Assembly: GCF_036971445.1 (NCBI RefSeq)
Contig: NC_091477.1
Location: forward strand, 11,966,001-12,030,000
Reading direction: 5' to 3'
DNA: 64,000 bases
Origin: Narcine bancroftii
Taxonomy: Eukaryota
Below the pieces are notes generated by a model. It worked only from the letters and a program-made list of their open reading frames with translations, had not been told where the DNA came from and ran no database searches. The translations under genes were made by a program, and so were the position numbers. Shown here piece by piece: positions 1-13,409 of this stretch. Position 1 is the stretch's first letter; every line of letters starts with the position of its first letter.

Positions 1-240
1 TTTTTTTACATTTAGAGATACAGTGTGGTAACAGGCCCTTCTGGCCCACGAGCCCGCAGTGCTCAAATACACCCATGTGATGAATTAACCTACCATCCAT
101 GTACTTTTTTGGAATGTGGGAGGAAACCAGAGCACCCGGAGGAAACCCACGCAGACATGGGGATAAAGTACCAACTCCTTACAGACAGTGCTGGATTCAA
201 AACCCAAGTTGCTACCTTTATAACAGCATTGTGCTAACCA
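1..240 (-). mobile_element. tRNA-derived V-SINE copy
   Basis: Reverse complement contains the V-domain core (GCGTGGGTTTCCTCCGGGTGCTCTGGTTTCCTCCCACA), a degenerate B-box region and a poly-A-like tail at base 1. Confidence 0.75.
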
Positions 241-599
241 ATTAAAGTAAACAGGGAATGAACCAACTTCCTCTACATCATCGTAATGAGGTTGCAGACC
301 CTATTCAAATGAATGGTGCCATCCCTGGTGTAAAGATGAGAGGCCAGGACAGTCAATCCAGAGAGATTGGGAGGCCACATGTGCCCCCCTCTATGCTCCC
401 GTGCATTCATACTTCCATCCATCTGTCTATCTGGTAATTCTTTGTTGACCCTCCATCTAGCCAGTAGTGCCCATCGGGTGCAGCGAGTCTGTTGGAGAAA
501 GAATGGATTGAAGCTTTGGAAGCTGGTCCTTTAATTACAATTCAGCCTGACCATGACTTTTCCAACCTTGACGTAGCAGCCTGTGCTTATCATTTCCTA

Positions 600-920
600 G
601 CACCCTTTGAACGAAGAAGGATGAGAGGTGACTTAATTAATATCTACAAGATTCTAAGAGGCATAAATAATGTAGACAGCCAGTGCCTTTTCCCCAGTGC
701 AGCAAACACCAGAGGATATCTGTAAAAGTGAAGGGAGGAAAGTTTAGGGGAGATATCAGGAGTGGTGGTGGAGGCTGGAACATTCTTAGGCAGGCACATG
801 GATGAAAGAGAAATAGAGGGTTATGAGGTAGGAAGGGTTTATTTTTTTTTAGTAGGAATATATAGGTCAGCACGACATTGAGGCCGAAGGGCCTGTACTG
901 TGCTGTTGTGATCTATTCTC
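600..920 (+). mobile_element. CR1-type LINE 3' fragment
   Basis: Translates as ERRRMRGDLINIYKILRGI (CR1 ORF2 C-terminus) followed by a GGCCGAAGGGCCTGTACTGTGCTGT 3' tail. Confidence 0.75.
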
Positions 921-1149
921 TTTGCTCATTCATTCTCCTTTTATTTCCTGGGAATGATGAACATGTTCCTTTTATTTCCTGCTGTCTTGCACTAGCTTGC
1001 CATATCTCTACATTTCATTAATTACCCCATTACCAACTATACCTTTTATATGGAATAATCCTAAAATAGAATTATGTTTAGGTGGAAATGGAAATGTTTT
1101 CATTCCTCCTCAGAGACTAAATTTAGATGAGTTTCTATTTTAATTAAAA

Positions 1150-4100
1150 TTACATAAATAAATTGGTTGCATTAGCAAATATTTATGCACCTGAATGTAG
1201 ATGGGCTGGCATTTTTTGAGAAGCTTTTTTCATTCCTTCCTGATATTAACTGTTATTCATTGATTTAAGGAGGGGATTTTAATTGCAGTTTAAATACAGT
1301 TTTAGATCAGTCTTCTCCAAGACTGACTAGTCTTTCTTTTGGAGTCATGATTCAATCTTTAAAAAAAATATATATAATTATGCTGTTTCAGATATTTGGT
1401 GTTGTTTTTAAAAATCCTAATAATAGAGAATATTCCTTTTTTTTTAACCCCCAAATATTCACCATTTGTATTCTAGAATCAACTTTTTTTTTTAAATTGA
1501 CAACCAATAGATTTTTATGTGAATACCCAGGAATAGTTATATCAGATCACGCTCCTATTAGACTTTCCAGATTCATCTTTTATAAAAAGACAATGGAAAC
1601 AATATTTCATTATTTCAAAAAAAGTTTTATGGAGATGCAAATACTGTTTTTTTAAACTACTAATTCTTCTCCACTGATATCTAATCAGATACTTTGAGAT
1701 AAAATGAAGGCATATATGAGGCCAAATTATTTCTTCTATGGCTAATATTAAGACTAATAAGGAAAAATTGGAGTTAATTAACCAGATCAAACAAATTGAT
1801 CTATTAAAGGCCCAAGGCAACAATCCAGATTTATATAAAAGAACTTGAAACTAAATTTGAGCTTCTTACAACTTATCCTATTGAACAACAATTGCTGAAG
1901 AGCAGGAGTTATATTTATGATTATGGAGAAATAAAAACAGGTAAATTATTGGCTGGACAGTTAAAAGGGATATCAGCTAAAAAAAATTAACAAGATTAGA
2001 AGAAATATGAATAGATCATCCTGAAATAAATGAGATTTTAAAGAAATTTTACTCTAAACTTTATACTTATGAATTTAATAATGACATTACTGCTATGTCT
2101 GATTTATTAGACCATTTGAATCTATCAACTATTTTACAATATAAATGTGCTAGTCTTGAAGCTCCTATTTCTCAATAGGAAATATTTGTAGTTATTTCCT
2201 CCCTGCAATCTGGAAAAGCCCCAGGACCCAAGGATATCTTGTTGAATGTTATAATTTTTTTTAAATTGTTGGATCCATATCTAAGTTCTGTGTAGGATGA
2301 CTCATTTAAAGGAGAGGAAATTTCCTTCCTCTTAATGAATTTATCTCTTATTTTGAAGGGGAACCAATTGAATGCACTTCTAATAGACCCATTTCATTAC
2401 TCAATGTAGATATGAAGGTCTTAACTAAAATTTTAGCCCTAAGAGAGAATATTTTACCTTTAATTATCAATATTGATCAGACAGATTTTATCAAAAACCA
2501 TTACTCATATTACAATATATGTTGATTATTGGATATAGAACATCTTCTCTCTAACCCAAAGAATGAATGTGTGTTATTGCTAGATGCTGAAAAAGCCTTT
2601 GATCGGGTTGAATGGAAATATATGTTTGCAGTTTTAAAGAAATTTAATTTTAGCCCCATTTTTATTGTGGATTAAATGAATGTATTTATGCCCTACAGCT
2701 TCAATCCACTCAAATAAGCAACAATCAACATTCTTTTAGGCTTTATAGAGGAACAGGAAGGTTGCCCATAATGCCCTTTGTTTTTTGATCTTAGCTTAGA
2801 ATCTCTAGTGGCAGCTTTGCAGGATAGTAGAGAGTTCAATGGTATTTTCAGAATGGAATTTGAACATAACATTTCCTTATATACAGATGATCTTTTGTTA
2901 TTTACTGCTAACCACAAGACTTCATTACCGACCATATTATCATTGATTGCTTTATTTAGCAAATGTTCAGTGTATAAAATAAATTTTCATAAGAGTGAAT
3001 TACTACCCATAAACAGATCTTTGGCAGTTTATGCCAATTTCCCTTTCAAACTAGTTAAAGACCAGTTTAAATATTTTGGGAATTACAATTACAAAGAGTT
3101 CCAAGAATTTATTAAAAGAAAACTTTTTAGGCCTACTTAAACAGACTAGAGAATCATTGCCAGGATGGACACCTATGTCTATGTCAAAGATTGGACCATC
3201 AATGTAAGTAGGATGAACATTTTACCTAAATTTTTGTATATGTTCCAATCCTTACGAATTTTTGTTCCTAAAACTTATTTTGACTCATTAGATTTGACTC
3301 TTTCTTATATATGGCAGGACAAGCAGCGTCATACAAGCAAAACCTATCTTCAAAGAAATAACAGATCTGGGGGATTGTCTCTCCCAAACTTTAGATATCA
3401 TTATTGGGCAGTTAATATACAAAATTTATTATTGTTATTAAATTTTGATACTTTAGATGCAAGCTTGGGTGGAAATGGAACTAAACTTTTCAAAAAAAAT
3501 TAGCTTTGTTAGCAGTCTTAGATCTTCCTTATCTTTTTCATTTTTGAAATTAACAGATAATCTTATTAAGAGACAGATTAAGGATATAGGCACAATTTTT
3601 TTGGTCTTAATATTTCCATATTGTGTTCTGTGTTCATCATGTGTTCTGGCACCAACCCTCTTTTCAATCTTCTTCAGCATGATGCTGAACCAAGCCATGA
3701 AAGACCCCAACAATGAAGACGCTGTTTACATCCGGTACCGCACGGATGGCAGTCTCTTCAATCTGAGGCGCCTGCAAGCTCACACCAAGACACAAGAGAA
3801 ACTTGTCCGTGAACTACTCTTTGCAGACGATGCCGCTTTAGTTGCCCATTCAGAGCCAGCTCTTCAGCGCTTGACGTCCTGCTTTGCGGAAACTGCCAAA
3901 ATGTTTGGCCTGGAAGTCAGCCTGAAGAAAACTGAGGTCCTCCATCAGCCAGCTCCCCACCATGATTACAAGCCTCCCCACATCTCCATCGGGCACACAA
4001 AACTCAAAACGGTCAACCAGTTTACCTATCTCGGCTGCACCATTTCATCAGATGCAAGGATCGACAATGAGATAGACAACAGACTCGCCAAGGCAAATAG

Positions 4101-6175
4101 CGCCTTTGGAAGATTACACAAAAGAGTCTGGAAAAACAACCAACTGAAAAACCTCACAAAGATAAGCGTATACAGAGCCGTTGTCATGCCCACACTCCTG
4201 TTCGGCTCCGAATCATGGGTCCTCTACCGGCACCACCTACGGCTCCTAGAACGCTTCCACCAGCGTTGTCTCCGCTCCATCCTCAACATCCATTGGAGCG
4301 CTTACATCCCTAACGTCGAAGTACTCGAGATGGCAGAGGTCGACAGCATCGAGTCCACGCTGCTGAAGATCCAGCTGCGCTGGATGGGTCACGTCTCCAG
4401 AATGGAGGACCATCGCCTTCCCAAGATCGTGTTATATGGCGAGCTCTCCACTGGCCACCGTGACAGAGGTGCACCAAAGAAAAGGTACAAGGACTGCCTA
4501 AAGAAATCTCTTGGTGCCTGCCACATTGACCACCGCCAGTGGGCTGATATCGCCTCAAACCGTGCATCTTGGCGCCTCACAGTTTGGCGGGCAGCAACCT
4601 CCTTTGAAGAAGACCGCAGAGCCTACCTCACTGACAAAAGGCAAAGGAGGAAAAACCCAACACCCATCCCCAACCAACCAATTTTCCCCTGCAACCGCTG
4701 CAATCGTGTCTGCCTGTCCCGCATCGGACTTGTCAGCCACAAACGAGTCTGCAGCTGACGTGGACTTTTTACCCCCTCCATAAATCTTCGTCCGCGAAGC
4801 CAAGCCAAAGAAAGAAAGAATATTTCCATATCCATCCCTATTATTAAGTCATCTTTTTCAGCCTTCTATACAGGTTTTAGAGAGTCTGTCAGATTAGGTA
4901 TTAAGAGTCTTAGGGATTTATATATCTGAGGCAACTTTGCATCATTTGAACAGTTACCAGTTAAATCTAACCTTCCCAATAGGTATTTTTTTAATAGATA
5001 ATTACAAATTTGGCTCTTTGCCCAATCTAAACTTTCTAATGTTCCCCAAGTTCCCAAAACCAATGTTCTGCATTTATTTTTTGATATAAAATTTCAAGAT
5101 GGCAGCTTGATAGCTACCATTTATGAAAATTTGATGGATCTAAAAATGTTTTCAGGAAATGCAATGAGAAGAGAATAAGAAAGAGATATATTTCTATTTC
5201 AGATGAAGATTGGGATACCACTTGACTTGATTAGCAATACCTCATTTTGACATTGTCTATTGCAATTCAAAGTGGTTTATAAATATATTGGTGTAAGGTT
5301 AAATTATCCCATTTTTATTCTGACAGCAATCCAATATGTGACAGATGTAGAATTTATGAAGCATTATTGGTTGATATGTTTTGGGATGCCCAAAGCTGAA
5401 AGATTTTTGGGGATGATTTTTTCCAGATGGTTTCAGAGGATTCTTAGGATCAAGATATACCCTTGTCCTTGTATTGTTTTGTTTGAATATTCTCAACAGG
5501 AAAATATTTCCTTGAAACTAACTCAAGGGAGAGTTGTAGCTTTTACTTCGTTGATAGCCAGATGAGCAATTTCAATTAAATGGAAAGATATTTTACCACC
5601 AACACACATGTGTGGGATTCAAGCTATCATCTCTTGTTTGAGCTTGGAGAAAATCAGATATACTATTAAAGAAACTATGATGGAATACAATAAATTTTGA
5701 GGCCCATTCATGGATTACTATCACAATTTGATTACTTGGGTTTGAGTGTTCAGGGTGCTATTCACTTGATGTGTGGAGACTGAAACTCATCCCTGGCTTA
5801 TTTTCCCTTTTTTTAAATTTGCTGTTGACTATGTTTAGTGGGAGGGGTAGGATTAGTATTGGTGCGGTGGGGGGGGGGGAAATGGTTTCTTTTTCCCTTT
5901 CTCATTCTTGTTTTTCCTTTTTGTTTTCGTTTTCTTAATACATAGAAGAGATTATTTTATATAGGTACCTTATCAGATTCATATTCTAATAATAGAATAT
6001 GAACTGAAGTTCCTCTAATTAATATGATTAATGTATATATTGCACTGTATAATTAGCTTATAATGCATTAACATACAGAAATGAATCAAGATTGATGATC
6101 AATTTCTGTTCTATATAGGACATGTAATATTACTCTTTTTCAAATTAAATAAGAAATATTTTTAAAAGAAAAGAA
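1150..6175 (+). mobile_element. Decayed L1/Tx1-clade LINE ORF2 plus 3' UTR, interrupted by an RTE insertion
   Basis: Fragmented motifs in order: endonuclease (NIYAP, GGDFN, ISDHAP), RT (LDAEKAFDRVEW, ISLYTDDLLL, MNILPKFLY, GGLSLPNF), then an A-rich 3' end. Many stops and frameshifts. Confidence 0.85.
3622..4818 (+). mobile_element. Young 5'-truncated RTE-clade LINE (RT C-terminal half open to the stop at 4758)
   Basis: CVLAPTLF, LLFADD, FTYLG, QLRWMGHV and a terminal CxxC..H zinc-finger-like motif; (GAAA)n tail; 13-bp TSD AATATTTCCATAT at 3609-3621 and 4819-4831. Confidence 0.95.
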
Positions 6176-7054
6176 CACTGCACAACACATGATAATCTGA
6201 GTCCAATGTCGGAACATATCGCAGCAAATGGACTCATCGAGTTTTACAACATGGAAACACCCTTTGACCCAAATTGTCTACCTAATTTTTTTTTTCTGCC
6301 CTTTTTCACTGTTGATAGTATTATTGAAGTTTTTGATCAAATTTTTTTCATAGCCAAGGTTATTTTCAAATTTAGCTATATATAAATACCGGAAGGACAG
6401 CAATATGATTTGATTCTACTACTGTCATATTGCACAAAAATATGAAGCCACATCATTTTCCCCAGTGTTTCTCAATTCTAAATCCTATTCCTTTAAATGT
6501 GCTGACTCAGTGTGAAGTATGGCTCAAGTGTGACTTCACCCAAGTAATCTTTTTTTTTCCCTGTGCAATTCCAGATAATGAGAGTTGGCAGAAATCTGAC
6601 AATTACTGAAGATGAGCCACACTTGTTAGTTATTGTCACTTGTTAACTCTATGCATGACATTTCACTCAAAGACACCAAAACAAAATCTCTGGTCATTTT
6701 TTCAAACCACCCCCCCCGCTCACCCCAAAACATGGAGGAATCTTGAAACAGCATATCGATTTCACTGATTATATCAATTAAATCAAGGGTCTCATCATAA
6801 AATGTCCAGGGAATTCTAGGACAAACAAATCGAAGTGATGGTTTACTTACACCATTCAGAAGGATATATTTCTAACTTGCCAAGTTGTGGTTTTAATGCT
6901 TAAACAGACACACACAAAAAAATCAATAATGAAAACTGTGAAAATATGTTGATGTAGATTTGGATGATTCAGTGAGCAAACATAGAAAATTCTCAGCTGA
7001 AAGCAAATGTAAACCATAACTTCAACTTCATTTTACCTCGGATATCATTACAAG

Positions 7055-7270
7055 GTTGGTACGGTTAGCAATGCAGTTAGTGAGGTACTATTACAGTGGG
7101 GTTGAATCTGACACTGCCTGTAAGGCGTTTGTACCTTCTCCCCGATTCTGTGTGGGCTTCCTCCCAGTGCTCCAGTTTCCTCCCACCCTTTAAAAGCTTA
7201 TGGGTTTGCAGGTTAATTTGGGTGGCTTGGGCTCAAGGGTCTGTTACCATGCTCTTTGTCTGGCTATTGA
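7055..7270 (+). mobile_element. V-SINE copy
   Basis: tRNA-like head and V-domain (TTCTCCCCG..GTGTGGGCTTCCTCCCAGTGCTCCAGTTTCCTCCCAC). Confidence 0.7.
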
Positions 7271-7751
7271 TCTATGGTCACTGTTTCTTCTTTTCCCAAA
7301 CCATTTTCAAACTCTGTCCCTTTCATTCCTTTTGGCCATGTCTTGCTGGGTATATTTGTACTTAAAATAGCCCACAGAAAAGGAATTTGAAATATTTAGG
7401 TTATTTATTTTGAACTACTCGTAAACATCTCTAATGTAGTAGTGAAATGGAAATTAAGCTACATCCAAATCTTACACAAATAATTTTGTTGAAACTTTGA
7501 TTAATGGTTCAATCTATTTTGAATCATTTGGCACAGGGCTAGATTCTGATAAATGTTCAGTTACATAAACTGCCTTCTGAAAGTGCAATTTCACCTTGAC
7601 TGGCATGCAAGGTGGCTGCATTAAAAAAAAATCAAGGACATCTTAGCATAATCAAAATAGAAATTGAATAGAAAGCACAAATCACATAGAAATGTGTATT
7701 TTATTTTCAAAAAGCAGAATCTCCACTCTCATATCATCTGTTACAGGAAAT

Positions 7752-7997
7752 GGGTGGCATAGTTGGCGTAACAGTTAGTGCAATGTCTTTACAGCAATCG
7801 GGTCCGGACGGAGGTTCGAAACCCGCACTGTAAGGAGTTTGTACGTTCTCCCCGCGTCTGTGTGGGTTTACTCCATGGACACTGGTTTCCTCCCACTGTT
7901 CAAAAAAGCACTGGGGATGTAGGTGTATTGGGATAAATTGAGCAGCACAGAATCATGGGACGAAATGGCCTGTTATCGTGCTGTATGTCTAAATAAA
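7752..7997 (+). mobile_element. V-SINE copy
   Basis: A-box-like head, B-box GGTTCGAAACCC, V-domain GGAGTTTGTACGTTCTCCCCG, CR1-like tail and A-rich end. Confidence 0.8.
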
Positions 7998-9663
7998 AAC
8001 AATACTGAAACTTCGAAGTGTATCGTCCTGGCTGGGCTTTGTACAAGGACCAAAGAATTTATGAACAGAACATTTCCTTCTAAATTGCTTAAAGTTCCTG
8101 GTGAAAATAAACAAATACATTTATGTTTATGTCTGTGAGTCAAATTGGAATGGGTTCATTTGTCTGACTCATTTATAGCAGTGCAGGTGATGGTTACAAT
8201 TTTGGCAGGTCTTGTAATGTGGGAAATCTCTTGAAATGTATGATGTTAACACATTTTCAGAGATTAGTTACAAGTTATGAAAATATCAATTTTTGGATTA
8301 GAATGGGATTTGAACTTGCTACTGAACTTCAAATTCTCTTGTGCAGTAATTAGGATTTTTTTCCCCCCCCATCTCCTTGGACCTGTCCTTTCCTTGATTT
8401 TTATGCTGATGGCCAACATTTGACTTTATTCCCCATCTTATTCCCCCTCCCCCCCAAAAAAACTCTAGAATTTTCATAATTGTAAGCATAATGTTCACAG
8501 GCACAAGTTGTCTCCTTCTGAAAAAAGGCCACGGGCCATTTACTTTCCATGGATGCTGCATGACCTGTTGAGTTTCTCCTACACTTTTGTCCAAAGCTCT
8601 TTGCCTCATTGTCTCCGTGCTTGCTCTTCGAAAGAGATCTAGGTTTCACCTCATTTTCTTGTATTTCATTCACTTAGGAAAAAAAAATCCATATCTTGGG
8701 TAAAAATGATTAGGAATACTGCCTCCACCATTCTCCTAAACGCTGTGTGGGTTTGCTCCATGGACACTGGTTTCCTCAGATTACCTCAGAAATACTTTAT
8801 ACTTTAGATTATTTTCTAATTTGGGCACTGTAAATTATAGTTGTTAAAGGTGCTTTGCCTGGATAATGTCGAACTTTGAATATTGGTTGAGCTGCACATA
8901 TTCAGGCAATTGGAGAATATTTCACCACACTCTGTCCCATGTCTTGCTGAGAAGGGCTTGACAATTTAAAGTACAAACCACTTACTGCTGCATCCCAAAG
9001 TTCTGAATTGTTCTTGCAGACATTATTTCTGTAAAAGGTCTAACAAATTTGTGGTAAATGCTGACCTTCCCTCAAGATGTTTTGTGTGTGTTGTTACTGC
9101 TGTTTTTAAGTCAATCAACTTTTATTTAGACTTGCAGATGATGATTAATGATCCACTTCCTGCCTGAACTTTTTCCAGATCCTCCACGTGGGTATGGAGA
9201 TTTGAGTGCAACTGAATCAAATGTCTTAAATTATGGAATGAAACACAGAGTCCACAGTTCTATCCTGAGGAGATTCTTCTGCAAAGCCTCAAGTTTATTT
9301 GTGGCTTCTAATGTCCAGATTCATTCTTATTTTGTGACTTCATCCAGTTGAGAGTTTTCTCTCAATTCTCATTGACATTCATCTTTCAATAGCTCTTTGA
9401 AGTCATATCAATTCAAATGCTGTTTAGACGGCAAAGGCACTTCCCGCCTAGAAGTCAGCTCTTTTTTTTCCATTATTAGTCCACAATGAGGTCTGAAATT
9501 GAATATACCTAGAACAACATTTATTAAGTATCCCTGAGGAAGCATTGATCAGTGTTACTTGATAACATTGCCAGTGATCCATTTCATTACTTGTTGATCA
9601 TTGAGAGCAATCTGATTGAGTGACATTTGACCACATTAGGGGTCCCATGTTTTGCAAGCAACA

Positions 9664-10946
9664 CAGTGGCAGACTAACCATTAGGCTGTAGTCTCTGGGC
9701 CCGGAGGGCAAGATGGCCCGAGTCCCTCAGCTTCAGCCTACTCGGTAAAGGGTAACCTGGTCTTGGTTTATCATTTCACACTTATTCCAGACATGCACGG
9801 GTGAAGTCGGTGACTGTGGGCCAGAGTCGGCGTCACACCATTGCCAGGGTGATGCGCGCAATGGCTTCTGGGAGCTGGCAGTGGCGGCGGGCCGGCAGTA
9901 TGAAGATTTGCAGCTGTGGCTTGTGCAATCCTCCACCTTCCCACCAAACTACTAGCATCCTATTCGGTTAGATAAACATTAAAAATCTAAGAGTTTGCTG
10001 GGAAGGTGGAGGATGATTGGAGGGTGGGGATTGAATTAAAGAAGTTCACCCAGACCATCCAGAGGCAGTGTCCTCCCCGCTGCTGAGCGCTGGGGTCTCT
10101 TCCATGGCTCGCACACTGCCAACATGGTGGGGGTGGGAGTGTGACAAACATTCTGAACTTGCTCTGGATCAAGTTCAAATCAAGTTAAGAGTCAGAGCAA
10201 GTTCAGAGCATTTGTCACAACCCCCCACCATAATCAGCAGAGAGAAAGCCACTGGAAGAGACCCCGGACCTCAATGGTGGTAAGGTTAACCCGGACTCCC
10301 ATGCTCTGGTAGCTGTCGCAGCTCAGGCTCTGGGCATTGAAGAAGAACCAGAATGGGCCACTGGGTTTGGGGTGGGGGGGGGGGGAATTAGATCCTGCTC
10401 AGGTTTCTTGGAGCCTGTGACATCGACGTCAACCTGGCGCTGATTGTAGGATCGTTGAAATGGTTAAACCACGGTGCGGGGGTGGGGGGGGGGGATTGAG
10501 TGGGGGGAAGAGAGGGAAATCAACCATCCACATAATGGAAGAAAACTCAGATGAAAGTATTTGTGGCTTATAGTCCAATCTTTCTGTGGTTCTGTGGAAG
10601 TGGGGTAAAAGCAAAGTATGAATGGAAAAGAATTCGGGAAGCAGTCGTACAAGCCATGGGGGTGTTGTGCATCAGAGAGCTGAACAGGGACTGAATAAAC
10701 TGCCCAAATGCAGCCCTGAATGAGAGTCTGGTGATGAGATCCCTGCCAGCAGCTAGCACCAAGGCCCAACCCTTTCTCTCCCCTCGTTGCCAAGCACAGC
10801 GTACACACGCACACCCCGAGTACATTCCCAGCAGATAAATTTAGAATACATGAGGGAAGGGCATCACCGGGGAGGGGGATGTTGGGATGGGGTGGTGCTT
10901 ACGAAAGCTCAGCCTAGGGGGCCAGGTGGTAGTTAATCCGCCACTG
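9664..10946. mobile_element. Non-autonomous hAT (Tip100-like) DNA transposon with GC-rich interior
   Basis: TIRs CAGTGGCAGACTAAC / GTTAATCCGCCACTG; perfect 8-bp TSD AAGCAACA at 9656-9663 and 10947-10954. Confidence 0.9.
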
Positions 10947-11912
10947 AAGCAACACATACTTGAACAATTTTCCACTTTATTGTGTAGACACCTTGGAGGA
11001 GGATCAGGTTGGCAAAAGGCACGGTAGGTTCTTCAGTATTACTGCAATGGCGTTAATGGGTTTTTACGCCTCAGCATTATCTAGAGCACTTGCTGTTTCT
11101 GATATCAAATGGATTTGGCTGATTGGGGCCTTGGGAAGAGAACCAGATTATCTGTTGATAGATTGAGTGAAGATGATTGCAGATTCTTCAACTTTGTCTC
11201 TGACTGGACTGCAAATGAAGTCATTTGGCTTATTTGTCCATACCAGCTTTTGATAAAAGCTCATTGATTGATCCAACGATCTTGTACTTTCCACTTAGCC
11301 TTGATTTTCTTTTCCTCTTCAAGTGTTCATCCAGTTCTCTTTTGAAAGAGACTGGATTATCTTCATTCTTCCTGACAGAAAGTGTATTCCAGATCATCAT
11401 ATCATGTTGTTAAGAAATGAAAACATTCCTCATCTCACTCTGTTCATTTTGCAATTTAGAATTGAACATTGAAACTTCAGCCACTGATAACTACTTCCAG
11501 GGGTGCAGTGCTGCCATAGCTCACCGGAGCACCACTCCAACACCTAAAAAATTATTACTGCACCCTTGACTACTTCTGTTTGTTTATCCTTTCAGTTAAA
11601 CATTCCATAAATTTTACTTTAAAATCTTGGCTCCAATGAGAGCAACAAGCTTTAACCTTCTTATAAATGTATAATTACCAAACTATTGTCAGCAATAAGG
11701 TTTATAAATTCACAAATTAACACTGAGCAATGAAACACGGTTATTTCAATAACATACGAAGTTCAGTATGGCTTGTAAAACCAACAATGAAGAAAACTTA
11801 CCTTATTTGAATCCTTTATATTTTTAGCATCTCTGAACCTTGATTATTTTAATTATTTTCCAATTTTTCCAGCATCTTTCATGAAGCTTCCTACCCCCAA
11901 TATTATTTGACT

Positions 11913-12243
11913 TCTTCTTCTTTCTTTGGCTTGGCTTCGCGGATGAAGATTTATGGAGGGGTAATGTCCACGTCAGCTGCAGGCTCATTGGTGGCTGACA
12001 AGTCCAATGCGGGACAGACAGACACGGTTGCAGCGGTTGCAAGGGAAAATTGGTTGGTTGGGGTTTTCCTCCTTTGTCTTTTGACAGTGAGGTGGGCTCT
12101 GCGGTCTTCTTCAAAGGAGGTTGCTGCCCGCCGAACTGTGAGGCGCCAAGATGCACGGTTTGAGGCGATATCAGCCCACTGATGATGGTCAATGTGGCAG
12201 GCACCAAGATCTTTCTTTAGGCAGTCCTTGTACCTCTTCTTTG
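11913..12243 (-). mobile_element. RTE LINE 3' fragment (same family as 3622-4818)
   Basis: Near-identical reverse complement of the ~4475-4815 segment; candidate TSD TTTGACT at 11906-11912 and 12240-12246. Confidence 0.9.
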
Positions 12244-12475
12244 ACTAAAGGTTACTTAAAACCATCACTGGTAAAGAGTTCAAATGCGGCCAAAGTAATG
12301 AGATGAATGGAGTTTGCATTTCCTTCTTGCTTTTGCATTAGAGCATTTCATGTAATTTCATCATTTGAGTGGCTAAATTAAAATTTGTTGTTTTAAACAG
12401 TCCCCCTGATCTCCGATTCCTCTTATAGTTTATTATTTCAGCCAATATACATTTTTTTAAATTTTAAAATCAAGA

Positions 12476-13270
12476 TCATTTGGGAAGAAGGACCAAAGAG
12501 TGGCAAATGGGATTCAATTCTGACAAGTGTGAAATGTTGCACTTTGGTAAGTCAATCCACAGTTGGATTTGCATGATAAATATTTGGACCCTGGAGTGTG
12601 CTGTAGAACAGAAGGGTCCAAGAGGACAGATGTATAATTCTCCCATAGCAGCAACTCAAGTGGATTAGGTGGTGAAGGTGTTTGGCATGCTTGCTTTCAT
12701 TGGTTAGGGTATTAAGTACCAAAGTTAAGGCTGTGATTTAGCATTGGCGAGACCACACACAGTGAGCAGTTCTGGTCTCCCAACTTTAGAAAGGCACATG
12801 GAGAAGATTCAGCAGAATATTGCCAGACTGAGAGGCTTAATTAATAAGGAAAGATTCAATATGCAGGGTCTTTATTCCCTAGAGTGTGTAGGAGGCTAAG
12901 GGGTGATTTTACAGAGATTTATAAAATCATGAAAGGTCTGGATAAAGTGAACGCTCACAATCTTATATTCCTCAGGGTATTTCATTCAAGAAAGAGGGCA
13001 TAGGTGAATAGGGCAAGAGTTAGTTGAGACCTAAGAGGGAATTATTATTATTATTTTTAATTTTTTTAAACCTCAGAGTTTGGTCTGTATCTGGAATGAG
13101 TTGCCAGAGGAAGCTGCAGAAGTGGGGACAATGTTGACATTCAAAAGACATTTGCACAGATACATGGATAGAAGGACACAGACTAAATGCAGGCATGCGG
13201 GAGCAACACTGAATACCAACTTGGCTAACATGGATGAGTTGGGCTGAATGGCCATTCAAATCCTGTATTA
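12476..13270 (+). mobile_element. Decayed CR1 LINE 3' portion
   Basis: WQMGFNSDKCEMLHFG motif, RRLRGD-like segment and CR1 3' tail. Confidence 0.8.
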
Positions 13271-13409
13271 CTCAATTGATTCTACAATGTACCATCTCGT
13301 GAATTTTGGCTTTAAACATCATCTCACATTTGTGACCTAATCTACTAGAATTATTTGGTCATCAAAATTACTTTCTCAGTTTCGCTATCCAAAATTGCCT
13401 TTATATCTG

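Noticed and set aside
3457-4758. 433-aa ORF as a host or chimeric gene
   Set aside because: A chance in-frame fusion of decayed L1 sequence to a 5'-truncated RTE. It lacks the N-terminal RT and the endonuclease.
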